Positions 1 to 12,876 are shown, numbered from the stretch's first letter. The stretch is 64,000 bases of DNA from Luteibacter sp. (GCF_051958795.1 NZ_JBQCFT010000249.1:5800-69799); one strand, 5' to 3'. The notes: generated by a model not told the origin, from the sequence alone. Numbers and translations are program-made.

Positions 1-309
1 GTGATCGCGGCGGGCTCGAAGGCTAACCACCTCTCGTACCTGGGCGACACGGTGATCGGCAGCAAGGTGAACATCGGCGCCGGCACCATTACCTGCAACT
101 ACGATGGCGTGAACAAGAGCCGCACGACCATCGAGGATGGCGTGTTCGTGGGCTCCAACAGTTCGCTCGTTGCGCCCGTCACCCTGGGGGCCGGCTCGAC
201 CATCGGCGCCGGCACGGTGGTTACCCGCGACGCCCCCGCCGGCGAACTCACGCTCGCCCGCGCACGCCAGACCACCATTGCCGGCTGGCACCGTCCGACC
301 AAGAAATAA
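1..309 (+). CDS. glmU: Bifunctional UDP-GlcNAc pyrophosphorylase/glucosamine-1-P acetyltransferase, C-terminal part (5' truncated by the window)
   Basis: [23 protein letters not shown] and hexapeptide repeats typical of the GlmU acetyltransferase domain. Confidence 0.95.
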   Translation: MIAAGSKANHLSYLGDTVIGSKVNIGAGTITCNYDGVNKSRTTIEDGVFVGSNSSLVAPVTLGAGSTIGAGTVVTRDAPAGELTLARARQTTIAGWHRPTKK

Positions 310-334
310 CCAGCCCATCCTGCGAGCAGAATCT

Positions 335-398
335 TGTGGGAGTGAGCTTGCGAGCGATGCTCTACCGCGATCCCGTCGTTCGCAAGCTCACTCCCACA
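335..398. repeat. REP doublet (GTGGGAG family) forming a long hairpin
   Basis: TGTGGGAGTGAGCTTGCGAGCGA...TCGTTCGCAAGCTCACTCCCACA inverted pair between the convergent glmU and xanB2-like genes. Confidence 0.75.
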
Positions 399-421
399 GC
401 TTGCCGGACACAGGTTTCGCG

Positions 422-1420
422 TCAGCGGTAACGCCAGCCGTCGATCTCGACGAGCAGTTCTTCGCGGCAGATGTCGCCGTGGACCACGACCAGGGGCGCA
501 TCCGGCCAGTGGGCGTCGGCAAAGGCCTTCACTTCTGCCGCATCCGCAGGATGGCGCACATACGCCTTGAGCGGCGCGCGCGCGTCGAATCCTTCGGGAA
601 TGCCGCCGTTTGCCAGCAGCGCATCGCGGTTCCGGCGCGTCTCAGCCAGCTGCGCGGCGAGATCGCCGGCGTGCGCGGAGGCATGTCCGACGACCGCGGC
701 GGTACCCGAGATGGCAAGCAGGTCGTCCGCGGGCAGCAGCGTGCCGCGGGCGAAGCTGGGCGGCGTGCGGCCGTACTGGCGGGGATACTGCCAGGCGCTC
801 ACCTGGCGCGGGTTCTCGACGCGGGTGCCCGGGCGGTCGGTTGCCAGCAGGTAAACCTGGAGCAGGCCTTCACTCGCGTGGTGTCCGATCGCCGAGGCGG
901 CCGGAAAGCCCTGGGCAAACGCCTCGCCCATGCCGGCGATGCGGCCGTTGCAGAACAACTTGTAGCGCTCATCGTCCCCGGCGCCCGCATTGATCGCGCC
1001 GAGGTAATTCCAGATGCGCTGCACGTGGCATTCCGGCCCGCGTGAGACGAAAGCGGACAACTGGCGATAGGCATGCGCTGCCGCGCCTTCCGGACCGCCG
1101 TGGTCCGCCTCGTCGCACTCCACGGCGGCATACAGCCAGCCGCCGCCGCGCGACCAGCGCAGGTCGCCGTCACGGCCGTAGGTAACGTCCGCATCCACGG
1201 TCCAGACTTCGACGGGCGCCTCGCCCAGCGGCTCCAGCGCGACGCCGAGCCAGCGCGGATCGTCGATCGCGCGAGCCGCGCGGCCGAAGCCAAACGCGGC
1301 CAGGGTGCGCGACGGCAGCGGGCCAGCCGGCGGCTCGCGGTAGGTGACGGTCGGTGAAGGGCGGGCGGCGAGCGGGGCTCGCTCGCGCATGTCGCTGGCT
1401 GGGCGCATCGAGGCTTCCAT
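422..1420 (-). CDS. xanB2: Chorismatase of the FkbO/Hyg5 family (XanB2-like, 'pteridine-dependent deoxygenase-like'), 3-/4-hydroxybenzoate synthase
   Basis: RIWNYL..IN, FPAASAIG, ENPRQVSAWQYPRQYG..PPSFARG, ISGTAAVVGH and DICREELLVEID motifs; located in the pigment cluster. Start uncertain (ATGs at 1390, 1408, 1420, 1438, 1441). Confidence 0.8.
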   Translation of the reverse strand: MEASMRPASDMRERAPLAARPSPTVTYREPPAGPLPSRTLAAFGFGRAARAIDDPRWLGVALEPLGEAPVEVWTVDADVTYGRDGDLRWSRGGGWLYAAVECDEADHGGPEGAAAHAYRQLSAFVSRGPECHVQRIWNYLGAINAGAGDDERYKLFCNGRIAGMGEAFAQGFPAASAIGHHASEGLLQVYLLATDRPGTRVENPRQVSAWQYPRQYGRTPPSFARGTLLPADDLLAISGTAAVVGHASAHAGDLAAQLAETRRNRDALLANGGIPEGFDARAPLKAYVRHPADAAEVKAFADAHWPDAPLVVVHGDICREELLVEIDGWRYR

Positions 1421-1585
1421 GTAAACGCTGGGCCCCATCATATCCTGCGACCGGCCACGCGTTCGTGGCCGCGTCTTCACGTGGCTGAATGTAGGCTCGC
1501 CAGGGCATGAAAAGCCCTGTGTTACACTCCGCCGCCGCTGCCATCCGGGGGGAGGCAGGCATGATCCGGGGACCTGGAAACACCA

Positions 1586-1858
1586 ATGGCAACGCAGACC
1601 GAAGCACAGAAAGAACTCGCAGAACTGATCGTCACCAGCCTGAACCTGGAGAGCGTGAAGCCGGCCGATATCGACCCGGAAGCGCCTCTGTTCGGTGGCG
1701 ACCTCGGGCTGGATTCCATCGACGCGCTGGAAATCGCCCTCGCGGTGTCCAAGCGTTACGGCTTCCAGCTGAAGTCGGATAACCCCGACAACCGCACCAT
1801 CTTCACGAGCCTGCGCACCCTGTCCGAGCACATCGAACAGCACCGCGCGGCCGCCTGA
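1586..1858 (+). CDS. Acyl carrier protein (XanC/ApeE-like)
   Basis: 90 aa acidic protein with the LGLDSIDALE phosphopantetheine site. Confidence 0.92.
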   Translation: MATQTEAQKELAELIVTSLNLESVKPADIDPEAPLFGGDLGLDSIDALEIALAVSKRYGFQLKSDNPDNRTIFTSLRTLSEHIEQHRAAA

Positions 1859-1921
1859 CGGCCCGTTCAGGTCACGCTGCCTCGTGCCGTGGTTTGCTCT
1901 GCGCGAACACGGCATACGACC

Positions 1922-2230
1922 ATGACCGACACCGCCGCCTGCTACACACATGCCTTCCGCTTCGCGGCGGGCCACCCCAGCTTCGCCGGGCATTTCCCCG
2001 GGCGGCCCATCGTGGCCGGCGTGCTGATCCTCGAGCATGCCGCGCGGGCGCTCAGGGCATGGCGCGATGCGTCGGTGCGCCAGGTCGTCGATGCGAAGTT
2101 CATCGCGCCGCTCCTGCCCGACGAAGAGGCCGTGCTGGAGCTGAGCGAAGCCGGTGAGCGCCGTTACCGCGTGGTGGTGCGTCGCGGGGACGCGACCCTC
2201 CTGCGCGGCACGCTGGAGGGCAGCGCATGA
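1922..2230 (+). CDS. FabA/FabZ-like hot-dog dehydratase (ApeI-like)
   Basis: HPSFAGHFPGRPIVAGV motif, followed by KFIAPLLP. Confidence 0.82.
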   Translation: MTDTAACYTHAFRFAAGHPSFAGHFPGRPIVAGVLILEHAARALRAWRDASVRQVVDAKFIAPLLPDEEAVLELSEAGERRYRVVVRRGDATLLRGTLEGSA

Positions 2231-3171
2231 GCCACTGGCAGCAGCGCGAAGGTGGTGGGTTCTTCGCCATCTGGCTTATCCGCACGATCGGGCTTCGCCT
2301 GGGCCGCCGCGTCGCGCGCCTGCTGTTATGGCCGATCGCGCTCTACTTTTTCCTGCGCCGCCCCGCGGAGCGGCTGGCCTCGCGCCTGTACCTCGCGCGC
2401 GTGCTGAACCGCCCCGTGACCCATGCGGATGTGTTCCACCACATCCACATGTTCTCGGCGACGCTGCTTGATCGCATGTTCTTCCTGGCGCGCGGCGAGC
2501 GCGACTTCATCGTCGAGGCCGAAGGCGTCGCCGAGCTGGATGCCTGCCTCGATGAAGGCAAGGGCGTTCTCCTCCTGGGGTCGCACCAGGGTAGCTTCGA
2601 GGCATTGCGCGCGCTCGGCCAGCGCCGCCCGGACGTACCGCTGCGCGTCGTCCTCGACAAGCAGAAGACCCCTGCGCTGACGGCCTTGCTGGAAGCGCTC
2701 GCCCCGGACGTGGGTGCCGCCGTGATCGACGCCTCGCTCGGCGGCACGTCGGTCGCCCTCGCCATGGCCGAGGGCGCCGCGAAAGGCGGCATGGTGGCCC
2801 TGCTCGCCGACCGTGGCAATCCGCACGAAGCCTCGCGCGTCGTGCCGTTCCTCGGTACCCCCGCATCGTTCCCGGTCGGCCCCTGGTTGCTAGCGTCGGC
2901 GCTGAAGATTCCCGTGGTGCTGTGCTTCGGCATCTATCTCGGCGGTAATCGCTACCGGCTGGTGTTCGAAACCTTCTCCGAAGGTATCGACATCCCGCGT
3001 GCGTCCCGCGCCGAAGCACTCGAGGCGATCATGGCCCGCTTCGCCTCGCGGCTCGAGCACTATTGCCGCCTGTACCCGTTCAACTGGTTCAACTTCTACG
3101 ATTTCTGGCAGGAGGCCGACGGTGCAACCGCAGCCGTTGTTCCCCAGCCGGTACAGCACGCCGATGCCTGA
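2227..3171 (+). CDS. LpxL/LPLAT-family acyltransferase of aryl-polyene/xanthomonadin clusters
   Basis: SHQGSFE (HxxxxE), LLADRG, FLG..A.FP.GP and WFNFYDFW motifs; ATGA overlap with the upstream gene. Confidence 0.85.
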   Translation: MSHWQQREGGGFFAIWLIRTIGLRLGRRVARLLLWPIALYFFLRRPAERLASRLYLARVLNRPVTHADVFHHIHMFSATLLDRMFFLARGERDFIVEAEGVAELDACLDEGKGVLLLGSHQGSFEALRALGQRRPDVPLRVVLDKQKTPALTALLEALAPDVGAAVIDASLGGTSVALAMAEGAAKGGMVALLADRGNPHEASRVVPFLGTPASFPVGPWLLASALKIPVVLCFGIYLGGNRYRLVFETFSEGIDIPRASRAEALEAIMARFASRLEHYCRLYPFNWFNFYDFWQEADGATAAVVPQPVQHADA

Positions 3172-3619
3172 CGGACAGCCACAACCGACGCTCACCAGGG
3201 CGGACTTCGCCTACCTCGTGCCGCACGCGGGCGACATGTGCCTGCTCGATGGCGTGGTGGCGTTCGACGCCGACACGATCCACGCGGTGAGCACGGACCA
3301 TGTCGCACCAACGCACCCGTTGCGCGGTGAAGACGGACTCCACGCGGTGCATCTCGCCGAATACGGTGCGCAGGCCACGGCGGTACACGGCGCACTGCGG
3401 GCCAAAGCGGCGGGCGCGACGCAGCCCCGTCCGGGCATGCTGGTGAGCCTGCGCGGCGTGAAGCTGGCGGTGGAGCGGATCGACGACCTGCCGGGTCGCC
3501 TCGATGTGTTCGCCGAATGCCTGCTTGCCGACGAGTCCGGCGCGCAATACACCTTCCGCATCGAGCACGAAGGCCGCGAGATCGCCAGCGGCCGGGCGGC
3601 GGTGATCCACCCGGCCTGA
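3164..3619 (+). CDS. Hot-dog-fold dehydratase partner (ApeP-like)
   Basis: LVPHAGDMCLLDGV, HPLR, EYGAQA.AVHG and GMLVSLR motifs. Confidence 0.8.
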   Translation: MPDGQPQPTLTRADFAYLVPHAGDMCLLDGVVAFDADTIHAVSTDHVAPTHPLRGEDGLHAVHLAEYGAQATAVHGALRAKAAGATQPRPGMLVSLRGVKLAVERIDDLPGRLDVFAECLLADESGAQYTFRIEHEGREIASGRAAVIHPA

Positions 3620-3626
3620 GGCTGCC

Positions 3627-5222
3627 TCAGGCGACGCGATCGAACAGCTTCGTCCGCACGCCTTCGATATCGACGAGATGCTCGTAGCCCTCGAGCAACA
3701 AGGGATGCTCCGCGGCCGCCTGCTCGATGGCGTTGGCTGCGAGCAAGCGCATCATCCGCACGTTGTTACGCAGGCGCTCGGCCAGTGATTCATCGTCGAG
3801 CACATCGTGCAGCGTGCGGTTCATGTCGGCGAACCAGGTCAGGTCGCGCTGGTCCATCATGTGCCGGTGGTTGCGCTTGTGCGATACCGCGTGCCAGCGC
3901 TGGAAGAACCCCTGCATCTCGATGTTGAGCTCGGCGCTGCCGGTCAGCTCGGGTGCCATGTGCGTGATGAAGTCGGCATCACCGAGCCGGTCCTGGAACA
4001 CGATCTGGCAGAGCACGCCCCAGTAGTACGCGTAATCCCAGATCACCTTGGTCGGGAGTACTTCCGGGTCACCGAACAGGTTGTATTGCCCGCGATACAT
4101 GCGCAGCGTGCTGTCGTAGAACGAGAAGAACAGGCGCTCGAACAGGCGGGCCCGCGACGCCAGTGCCTCGCCGCGGCGATCGATGCCAACCAGCTGGGTG
4201 ATGTAGGTATTGGTGATGGCGATGAAGTCGCTGCCCGGCGAGTAGAACGGATCGAGGAACGCGCCGGCCTCGCCCGTCAGCGCCCAGCGATCCGGGGAGA
4301 ACATGCGCGAGCAACCGTACGAGTAGTTGCGGAAGAAGGCGAAGTCGAGCAGTTTTTCCTTGCGCGCCTCGACCTGCTTCGCCAGCACGGGCTGGTGCTC
4401 CCAAAGCCATGCCAGGGCCTTGTCGAAGGTGTTCATCGATTCCAGCGGCTGGATCTTCGCATCGGCCACGATGCCGACCGAATGCGCCCCGGATGCGAGC
4501 GGGATCAGCCACACCCAATAGCCTGGGCCGACCATATGGTTGGTCGAGCGCCAGCGCTCGGGCGGGTGGCAGCGATCCTTCCATTCGGCATCGCCGCACC
4601 AGTCATCGATCGCCAGGCGGTCGTCGATGCGGAACCACACGGCGTTCGCGTGGTGTCCGTTGTCGCGCGTCAGGTCGAGCTTGCGGCGCATGAGCCCGGC
4701 GCGGCCACTGGCATCGAGCAGCCAGCGGGCCTGCAGTTCCGATTCGCCGGCTTCACTCTTCACGCGAATGGTGTGGGGTGCATCGCCGCTGCCGATGTCG
4801 AAGCCCCGGACGGTGACGCCTTCGCGGAAATCGATGCCACGACGCGCCGCTTCCTCGCCCATGAAGTTTTCCAGGATGCCGCGATCGATCTGGTAGCTCG
4901 GCGTAGGCAGCACGGCGCTGACGCCAAGCTCGGTCACGTCGGCCAGGTCATCCTTGCCATCGGAGAAGAAGAATCGGAAGCCGAACTTGCGGATCTGCTC
5001 GGTCTCGAGGTGGTCGAGCAGGCCGAGCGTGTCGGCGAAGTAGTGCGCGGCGATTTCGACGGTGGATTCGCCGACCTTGAAGGCGGCTTCGGGCAGGGGG
5101 CGGGTGTGCCGCTCCAGCACCACGATATCCATGTCCGGATAAGCGCGCTTCAACTGCATCGCCAGCGAAAGTCCTGCGAGTCCTCCCCCGAGGATCACTG
5201 CGTCGTGCATCTTGTGGTCCAT
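3627..5222 (-). CDS. FAD-dependent halogenase (xanthomonadin brominase-like)
   Basis: GGGLAG FAD motif, FKVGEST, WVWLIP (WxWxIP halogenase motif), FLDPFYSPGSD; start chosen at the ATG after a GGAAGGG RBS. Confidence 0.8.
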   Translation of the reverse strand: MDHKMHDAVILGGGLAGLSLAMQLKRAYPDMDIVVLERHTRPLPEAAFKVGESTVEIAAHYFADTLGLLDHLETEQIRKFGFRFFFSDGKDDLADVTELGVSAVLPTPSYQIDRGILENFMGEEAARRGIDFREGVTVRGFDIGSGDAPHTIRVKSEAGESELQARWLLDASGRAGLMRRKLDLTRDNGHHANAVWFRIDDRLAIDDWCGDAEWKDRCHPPERWRSTNHMVGPGYWVWLIPLASGAHSVGIVADAKIQPLESMNTFDKALAWLWEHQPVLAKQVEARKEKLLDFAFFRNYSYGCSRMFSPDRWALTGEAGAFLDPFYSPGSDFIAITNTYITQLVGIDRRGEALASRARLFERLFFSFYDSTLRMYRGQYNLFGDPEVLPTKVIWDYAYYWGVLCQIVFQDRLGDADFITHMAPELTGSAELNIEMQGFFQRWHAVSHKRNHRHMMDQRDLTWFADMNRTLHDVLDDESLAERLRNNVRMMRLLAANAIEQAAAEHPLLLEGYEHLVDIEGVRTKLFDRVA

Positions 5223-5245
5223 CCCTTCCACCCTTTGGTTGCGTT

Positions 5246-6007
5246 TCAATGTGTTGTCGTGGCGTCGCTGATAATGGTCGGTGTTGCGCGCGAACGCCGG
5301 TAGCTGTCGACGATATGGCCATAGTGGAACACGCGGCCGATCGTGTAGGTCGTGATGCGCGTGACATCGCGCACCGGGCTGAAATGACTGATGCGGAACG
5401 CGCCTTCATAACGCGACGCGATGGGTACGGAAACGACGCCTATCCCGCGCTCGCGGCATGCGGTGATCAGCACCGCGGCTTCGAAGACGAAATTCTCGGC
5501 GGGCAGGTCGACGAGATCGAGCGCCGCGCGCGGATAAAAGCGCTGGCCGCTCTGCGTGTCGGCGATCGGCCGCCCGCAGGCCCATGAGATACCCCAGTCG
5601 GCGACCGCGTTCGCGCGGCGCCGGCCAGGCGGCTGCTGTTCCTTCTCCAGCAGGCGGGCGCCGATGACGATGGCCCCCGGATGCTGGCGGCTCGCTTCGA
5701 GCATGGCAGGGATGTCGGCGGCGAGGTGTTGCCCGTCGCCATCCATCGTGAAGACACCATCGAAACCGTGGCGCATGGCTTCGCGGAAGCCGGTGCGCAG
5801 TGCCTCACCCTTGCCGCGCCGCGTGTCATGGCGGAGCAGGGTCACGCCCATCGACGCCACGATGGAAGGCGTCCGGTCATCCGATCCGTCATCGACCACG
5901 ATGACCGGCATGCCCAGCGACATCGCGTCACCGACCACGCCTGCGATAGCCTGCTCTTCATTGAGGCAGGGAATCAGCACGCAGTAACGGTGGCCGGCGA
6001 CGTTCAT
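5246..6007 (-). CDS. Glycosyltransferase family 2
   Basis: LIPCLNE, VVDDGSDD, GKGEAL, MDGDGQH and DTQSGQRFYP motifs. Confidence 0.88.
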   Translation of the reverse strand: MNVAGHRYCVLIPCLNEEQAIAGVVGDAMSLGMPVIVVDDGSDDRTPSIVASMGVTLLRHDTRRGKGEALRTGFREAMRHGFDGVFTMDGDGQHLAADIPAMLEASRQHPGAIVIGARLLEKEQQPPGRRRANAVADWGISWACGRPIADTQSGQRFYPRAALDLVDLPAENFVFEAAVLITACRERGIGVVSVPIASRYEGAFRISHFSPVRDVTRITTYTIGRVFHYGHIVDSYRRSRATPTIISDATTTH

Positions 6008-6804
6008 GCCGTGGTGGTGATGTCGATATGCAGGTCGAGCCCGCGCGCTGCGGAGACGCGAAGCGCTGCGGAGCGCGCCGCGGCGAGCACGCGGAAAAAC
6101 GGCACGGCATGCGCGGACGGGTTGCTCTCGGTGATGCCATCCATCCACGCATCGCCACTTGCTTCGCGCCCGCTGTTGCCGGGCTCCGGCGTGATATCCA
6201 GGCGGATCGCGGCGCCGTCGGCGCGCGGTGACAGCACCAGCGCCGAGGCAAACGGGCCCGTGGTGCTGGTCATCCCACCGAGCGGGCCGGTGCCGGCGAT
6301 GTCGTAACTGGCGAGCAGCACGTCGCGGTCATCGGCCACCGCTTGGGTCGCGGCCTCGAGCAAGCCGGCGCCGAAACTTTCCTCACCGCCCGACACCGCG
6401 CTCGATGCCGCGTGGCAATGCGTGGCGATGGTCCAGTAGCCCGCGGGTGCGTTATGCACGGAGTTGTGGAACTTGGTCGGCGAGAGTTCGGCCGGCGCGG
6501 TGGCCAGCGTTTCGCACATGTAGTCGGTGATGACCTGGTCGCCATGGGTCGAGGCGAAGACGCAGGGCAGGCTGGCCGCGTCGAGCCCGCTCATCGCCAC
6601 CGCCTGGCCCGCCGCGGCGGCGGCCAGCAACACGCTCTCCGGCGCGCGACGCCGTTCATTCGGCGGCAGTACCTCGGCCACCGGGCGTTCGGTCGCGCCC
6701 GGCACCGCATCGCCCGTGGCGACTTCGCGGAACGCGTGCCACGTCGGCGTGCCCGGTGCCCACAGGCCGATACCCTTCACCCATACGCTCAGCGCGGCGC
6801 TCAT
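6004..6804 (-). CDS. Beta-ketoacyl synthase chain-length factor (ApeC/XanL-like)
   Basis: ERRRAP, FASTHGD and SPTKFHNSVHNAPAGYW motifs; no catalytic Cys motif; overlaps the KS stop codon. Confidence 0.85.
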   Translation of the reverse strand: MSAALSVWVKGIGLWAPGTPTWHAFREVATGDAVPGATERPVAEVLPPNERRRAPESVLLAAAAAGQAVAMSGLDAASLPCVFASTHGDQVITDYMCETLATAPAELSPTKFHNSVHNAPAGYWTIATHCHAASSAVSGGEESFGAGLLEAATQAVADDRDVLLASYDIAGTGPLGGMTSTTGPFASALVLSPRADGAAIRLDITPEPGNSGREASGDAWMDGITESNPSAHAVPFFRVLAAARSAALRVSAARGLDLHIDITTTA

Positions 6805-7991
6805 GCGGCGGCTCCCGGGCGGGCGAAGGCCAGGCAGGCGTTGTTACCGCCGAAGCCGAACGAATTACTCAGGGCGATATGCAGGTCGGCCTTCTCCGAC
6901 TGCCATGCCATCTGCGGGCCACAGAGCGGATCGGGCGTGGTGGCGCCGAGGTTCGCGGGGACGGTGCCGTCGCGCATCGCCAGCAGCGTGAGCACGGCCT
7001 CGACGATGCCCGCCGCGCCAAGCGTGTGGCCGGTGAAGCCCTTGGTCGAACTGGCACGGGTGGTCGCAGGGAAGCTGCGCGCCACGAGTGCGGCCTCGAC
7101 TTCGTCGTTCTTCTGGCTGGAGGTGCCATGCAGGTTGATGTAGTCGACATCGCCCGGTTCGATCCCGGCGCGCGCCAGCGTGTCGCGCAACGCGAGTTCG
7201 GCGCCGAGCCCTTCCGGGTGTGGCGTCGACATGTGGTGGGCGTCGCTGGCCTCGCCGTAGCCGATGAAGAGCGGTGCGGAACCTTCTTCGGTAGCACGTT
7301 CGATCAACGCAAAACCACCGGCCTCGCCGAGCGAGATGCCGTTGCGGTTCGCATCGAACGGCCGGCACGGTTCGCTGGACACGAGCTCGAGCGAGTTGAA
7401 GCCGAACAGCACGCTGTCGCACAGCGTATCGACGCCACCGACCACCGCGGCATCGATGAGGCCAAGGCGGATCATGCGTTCCGCGTTGGCGAAGACCTTG
7501 GCGCTGGAAGAGCACGCGGTCGCCACGGTGAGGCAAGGCCCTTCGAGGTCGAACGTGCGGGCGACGAACCCGGCCAGCGAATGCGGCGTATGGATGGCGG
7601 GGCGGAGCAGGTCGGCCGGCATCGCGCCGTTCTCGAGCCGGCGGTAGCCCTCCTCGGTCGCGCCGATGCTGGCGGTGGAGGTGCCGAGCAGGACGGCGAC
7701 GCGCGATGCGCCATAGCGCTGGCGCGCCGCGGTCACGGCATCGATAAAGCCATCCTGCCGCAGCGCGAGCCAGGCGAGACGGTTGTTCCGGCACTCCCAC
7801 TGCGCCTGCTCGCGTGGCAGCGGTTCGTCTTCCAGGCCCGCTACCCGGCCGATCCAGCAGGGCAGGGGCGCGGTGGAGAAATCGTTGGGTGCAAGGCCGC
7901 CGACCGAGTCGGCGATGGCGCGCGCGTGGGCTTCATTGCCGCGTCCAAGGGCCGACGTGGCCGTGTACGCGGTGATCGCTAAAGGAGGCAT
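6801..7991 (-). CDS. Beta-ketoacyl-ACP synthase (ApeO/XanM-like type II PKS KS)
   Basis: TACSSSAK catalytic Cys, DAHHMSTPHPEG, HGT, KGFTGHTLGAAG and SNSFGFGGNN motifs; alternative start at 8003. Confidence 0.92.
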   Translation of the reverse strand: MPPLAITAYTATSALGRGNEAHARAIADSVGGLAPNDFSTAPLPCWIGRVAGLEDEPLPREQAQWECRNNRLAWLALRQDGFIDAVTAARQRYGASRVAVLLGTSTASIGATEEGYRRLENGAMPADLLRPAIHTPHSLAGFVARTFDLEGPCLTVATACSSSAKVFANAERMIRLGLIDAAVVGGVDTLCDSVLFGFNSLELVSSEPCRPFDANRNGISLGEAGGFALIERATEEGSAPLFIGYGEASDAHHMSTPHPEGLGAELALRDTLARAGIEPGDVDYINLHGTSSQKNDEVEAALVARSFPATTRASSTKGFTGHTLGAAGIVEAVLTLLAMRDGTVPANLGATTPDPLCGPQMAWQSEKADLHIALSNSFGFGGNNACLAFARPGAAA

Positions 7992-8120
7992 GGGATGAGG
8001 CATTCCGGGAGCCTATCCTTTTTGAGCCCTAGCGTCTCGTGAACGGCATGTCAGCGGGCCAGGCGATTGCGCCACCGCGCCCGATCCGCAAGACTGGCCG
8101 CCCCAAGGAAGCCGCATGCG

Positions 8121-10479
<2,359 letters not shown>

Positions 10480-10623
10480 GGTGTGGTGCTCCACGGGTGG
10501 ACTGGACTCGTAGGATGCGCCAACGCCGCGCAAGGTTTAGCGTGACTTGCGGCAGGGGGGCGTAGTTGACGCCCTCCACCCGCCGTTCCACCATGGGATT
10601 TTCCCCTCCCATCGTTGGATGCC

Positions 10624-11364
10624 ATGTACAAGCTCGTCATGATCCGCCACGGCCAGTCGGCCTGGAACCTCGAGAACCGCTTCAGCGGCTGGGCCGATGT
10701 CGACCTCAGCGAACAGGGCGTCGCCGAGGCCCGCGAGGCCGGCCGCCTGCTCAAGGAAGCCGGTTTCACCTTCAACGTGGCCCACACCTCCTACCTGAAG
10801 CGCGCCGTCCGCACCCTGTGGCACGTCCAGGACGAAATGGACCTGATGTGGATCCCGGTCGTCACCGACTGGCGCCTCAACGAGCGCCACTACGGCGCCC
10901 TCACCGGCCTGAACAAGGCGGAGACGGCGGCGAAGTACGGTGATGACCAGGTCAAGGTCTGGCGCCGCAGCTACGACACGCCGCCCCCGGCGCTCAAGCC
11001 GGGCGAGATGTCGTTCGCTGGCGACGCCCGCTACGACGGCATCGCCGAGGTCCCCCTGACGGAGTGCCTTAAGGACACCGTGGCGCGCGTGCTGCCGTAC
11101 TGGCATGAGGTGCTGGCCCCCGCCATCAAGGCCGGCAACAACGTGCTCATGGCCGCCCACGGCAATTCCATGCGCGCACTGGTCAAGTTCTTCGACAACA
11201 TCTCGGACGACGACATCGCCGAACTCAACATCCCCAATGGCATTCCGCTCGTCTATGAGTTCGACAAGGACCTGAAGCCGACGAAGAGCTACTACCTGGG
11301 CGATGCCGACGAAATCGCCGCCAAGATGGCCGCCGTGGCCAACCAGGGCAAGGCGAAGGCCTGA
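10624..11364 (+). CDS. gpmA: 2,3-bisphosphoglycerate-dependent phosphoglycerate mutase
   Basis: [25 protein letters not shown] and AHGNSMRAL motifs. Confidence 0.97.
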   Translation: MYKLVMIRHGQSAWNLENRFSGWADVDLSEQGVAEAREAGRLLKEAGFTFNVAHTSYLKRAVRTLWHVQDEMDLMWIPVVTDWRLNERHYGALTGLNKAETAAKYGDDQVKVWRRSYDTPPPALKPGEMSFAGDARYDGIAEVPLTECLKDTVARVLPYWHEVLAPAIKAGNNVLMAAHGNSMRALVKFFDNISDDDIAELNIPNGIPLVYEFDKDLKPTKSYYLGDADEIAAKMAAVANQGKAKA

Positions 11365-11418
11365 CGCAGGCATCCCGCGGCGCGCGCCTGGCGCGCCGCG
11401 CGGATCCGGGTCCTCCTT

Positions 11419-11443
11419 TGTGGGAGCGCGCTTGCGCGCGATG
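11419..11443. repeat. Single REP-like unit (GTGGGAGC family)
   Basis: TGTGGGAGCGCGCTTGCGCGCGATG, similar to the arm at 335. Confidence 0.55.
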
Positions 11444-11546
11444 CCCTCCCTGACAACCGTCACCCGGAAAGGATGGCGACTGCATCTGTGGCTTCCGAAC
11501 CCGCACCGCTAACGTAGTCCCACACCCGCCAACACGAGAGCCCGCC

Positions 11547-12098
11547 ATGCTTGCCCAGGTCGCCGCCCAGCCCGCCTCCGCCTACGTCCCGGTCGCCATG
11601 GCCGCCCTGATGTGCTGGGTCGTCTACCGCCGCGTGCGCCGTAATTTCGGGCGCCAGGTCATCCATACGCGGAAGATGGCGGTGCGCGTCGGCATCTTCG
11701 CCGTGGTCGCCTGCTTGCTGATGACGAGTGGTTTTGTCAGCCTGAAGCTGGCCGAAGGGGCACTGGCAGGCCTGGTCATCGGCGGTGCGCTCGCCATGCT
11801 GGGCCTGAAGCTCACCCGGTTCGAGATCGGTACCGACCGGGCCGATGGCTATACACCGAACCCATGGCTCGGCGCCGCCCTCACGGCGTTGCTGGTCGGC
11901 CGCATGGTCTACCGGTTCGCGATCGTAGGTACCGCCCTGCATACCGGCGCGGCGCCCGCCCATGGCCCGGCGCCGGGCGACAGCCCGCTTACCATGGCCA
12001 TTGTCGGCCTGACGCTGGGTTACTACCTGGCTTACTACGCGGGGATCCTGATCCACCACCGCCGGTTCAAACGGCAGGCGCTGGGCCAGGCCGCCTGA
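11547..12098 (+). CDS. DUF1453/CcdC-like membrane protein
   Basis: Multi-TM protein with YRRVRRNFGRQ, TRFE, YTPNPWLG and RMVYR motifs. Confidence 0.65.
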   Translation: MLAQVAAQPASAYVPVAMAALMCWVVYRRVRRNFGRQVIHTRKMAVRVGIFAVVACLLMTSGFVSLKLAEGALAGLVIGGALAMLGLKLTRFEIGTDRADGYTPNPWLGAALTALLVGRMVYRFAIVGTALHTGAAPAHGPAPGDSPLTMAIVGLTLGYYLAYYAGILIHHRRFKRQALGQAA

Positions 12099-12106
12099 GC
12101 CCCTTC

Positions 12107-12583
<477 letters not shown>

Positions 12584-12621
12584 TTCACCTAGAATTTATT
12601 CCACGACGTCGGGGTAGCAGG

Positions 12622-12876
12622 ATGGATGTGCAGGGTATCGACCAACTCGCTCAGCGGTTGGCATCGTTGGTTCCGCCAGGGTTGGCGCAAGCGCGTGAGG
12701 ATCTGCACGCCAACTTTAAAGATGTCCTGGCGAATGGATTACGCCGCCTCGATCTCGTAACTCGAGAGGAATTCGACGTTCAGAGCCAGGTACTCGCACG
12801 GACCCGCGAAAGGCTCGAAAGCTTGGAAAAGCGGGTCGCCAGCCTCGAGGCCGGCGCCACGCCTGGCGGCCAGTAA
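12622..12876 (+). CDS. ubiK: Ubiquinone biosynthesis accessory factor UbiK (BMFP/YqiC)
   Basis: LDLVTREEFDVQSQVLARTRERLESLEKRVASLE motif. Confidence 0.92.
   Translation: MDVQGIDQLAQRLASLVPPGLAQAREDLHANFKDVLANGLRRLDLVTREEFDVQSQVLARTRERLESLEKRVASLEAGATPGGQ

Noticed and set aside
1421-2038. N-terminal extension of the 538-aa ORF 422-2038
   Set aside because: It is antisense to the ACP and dehydratase genes; the chorismatase-like sequence starts only near 1390-1441
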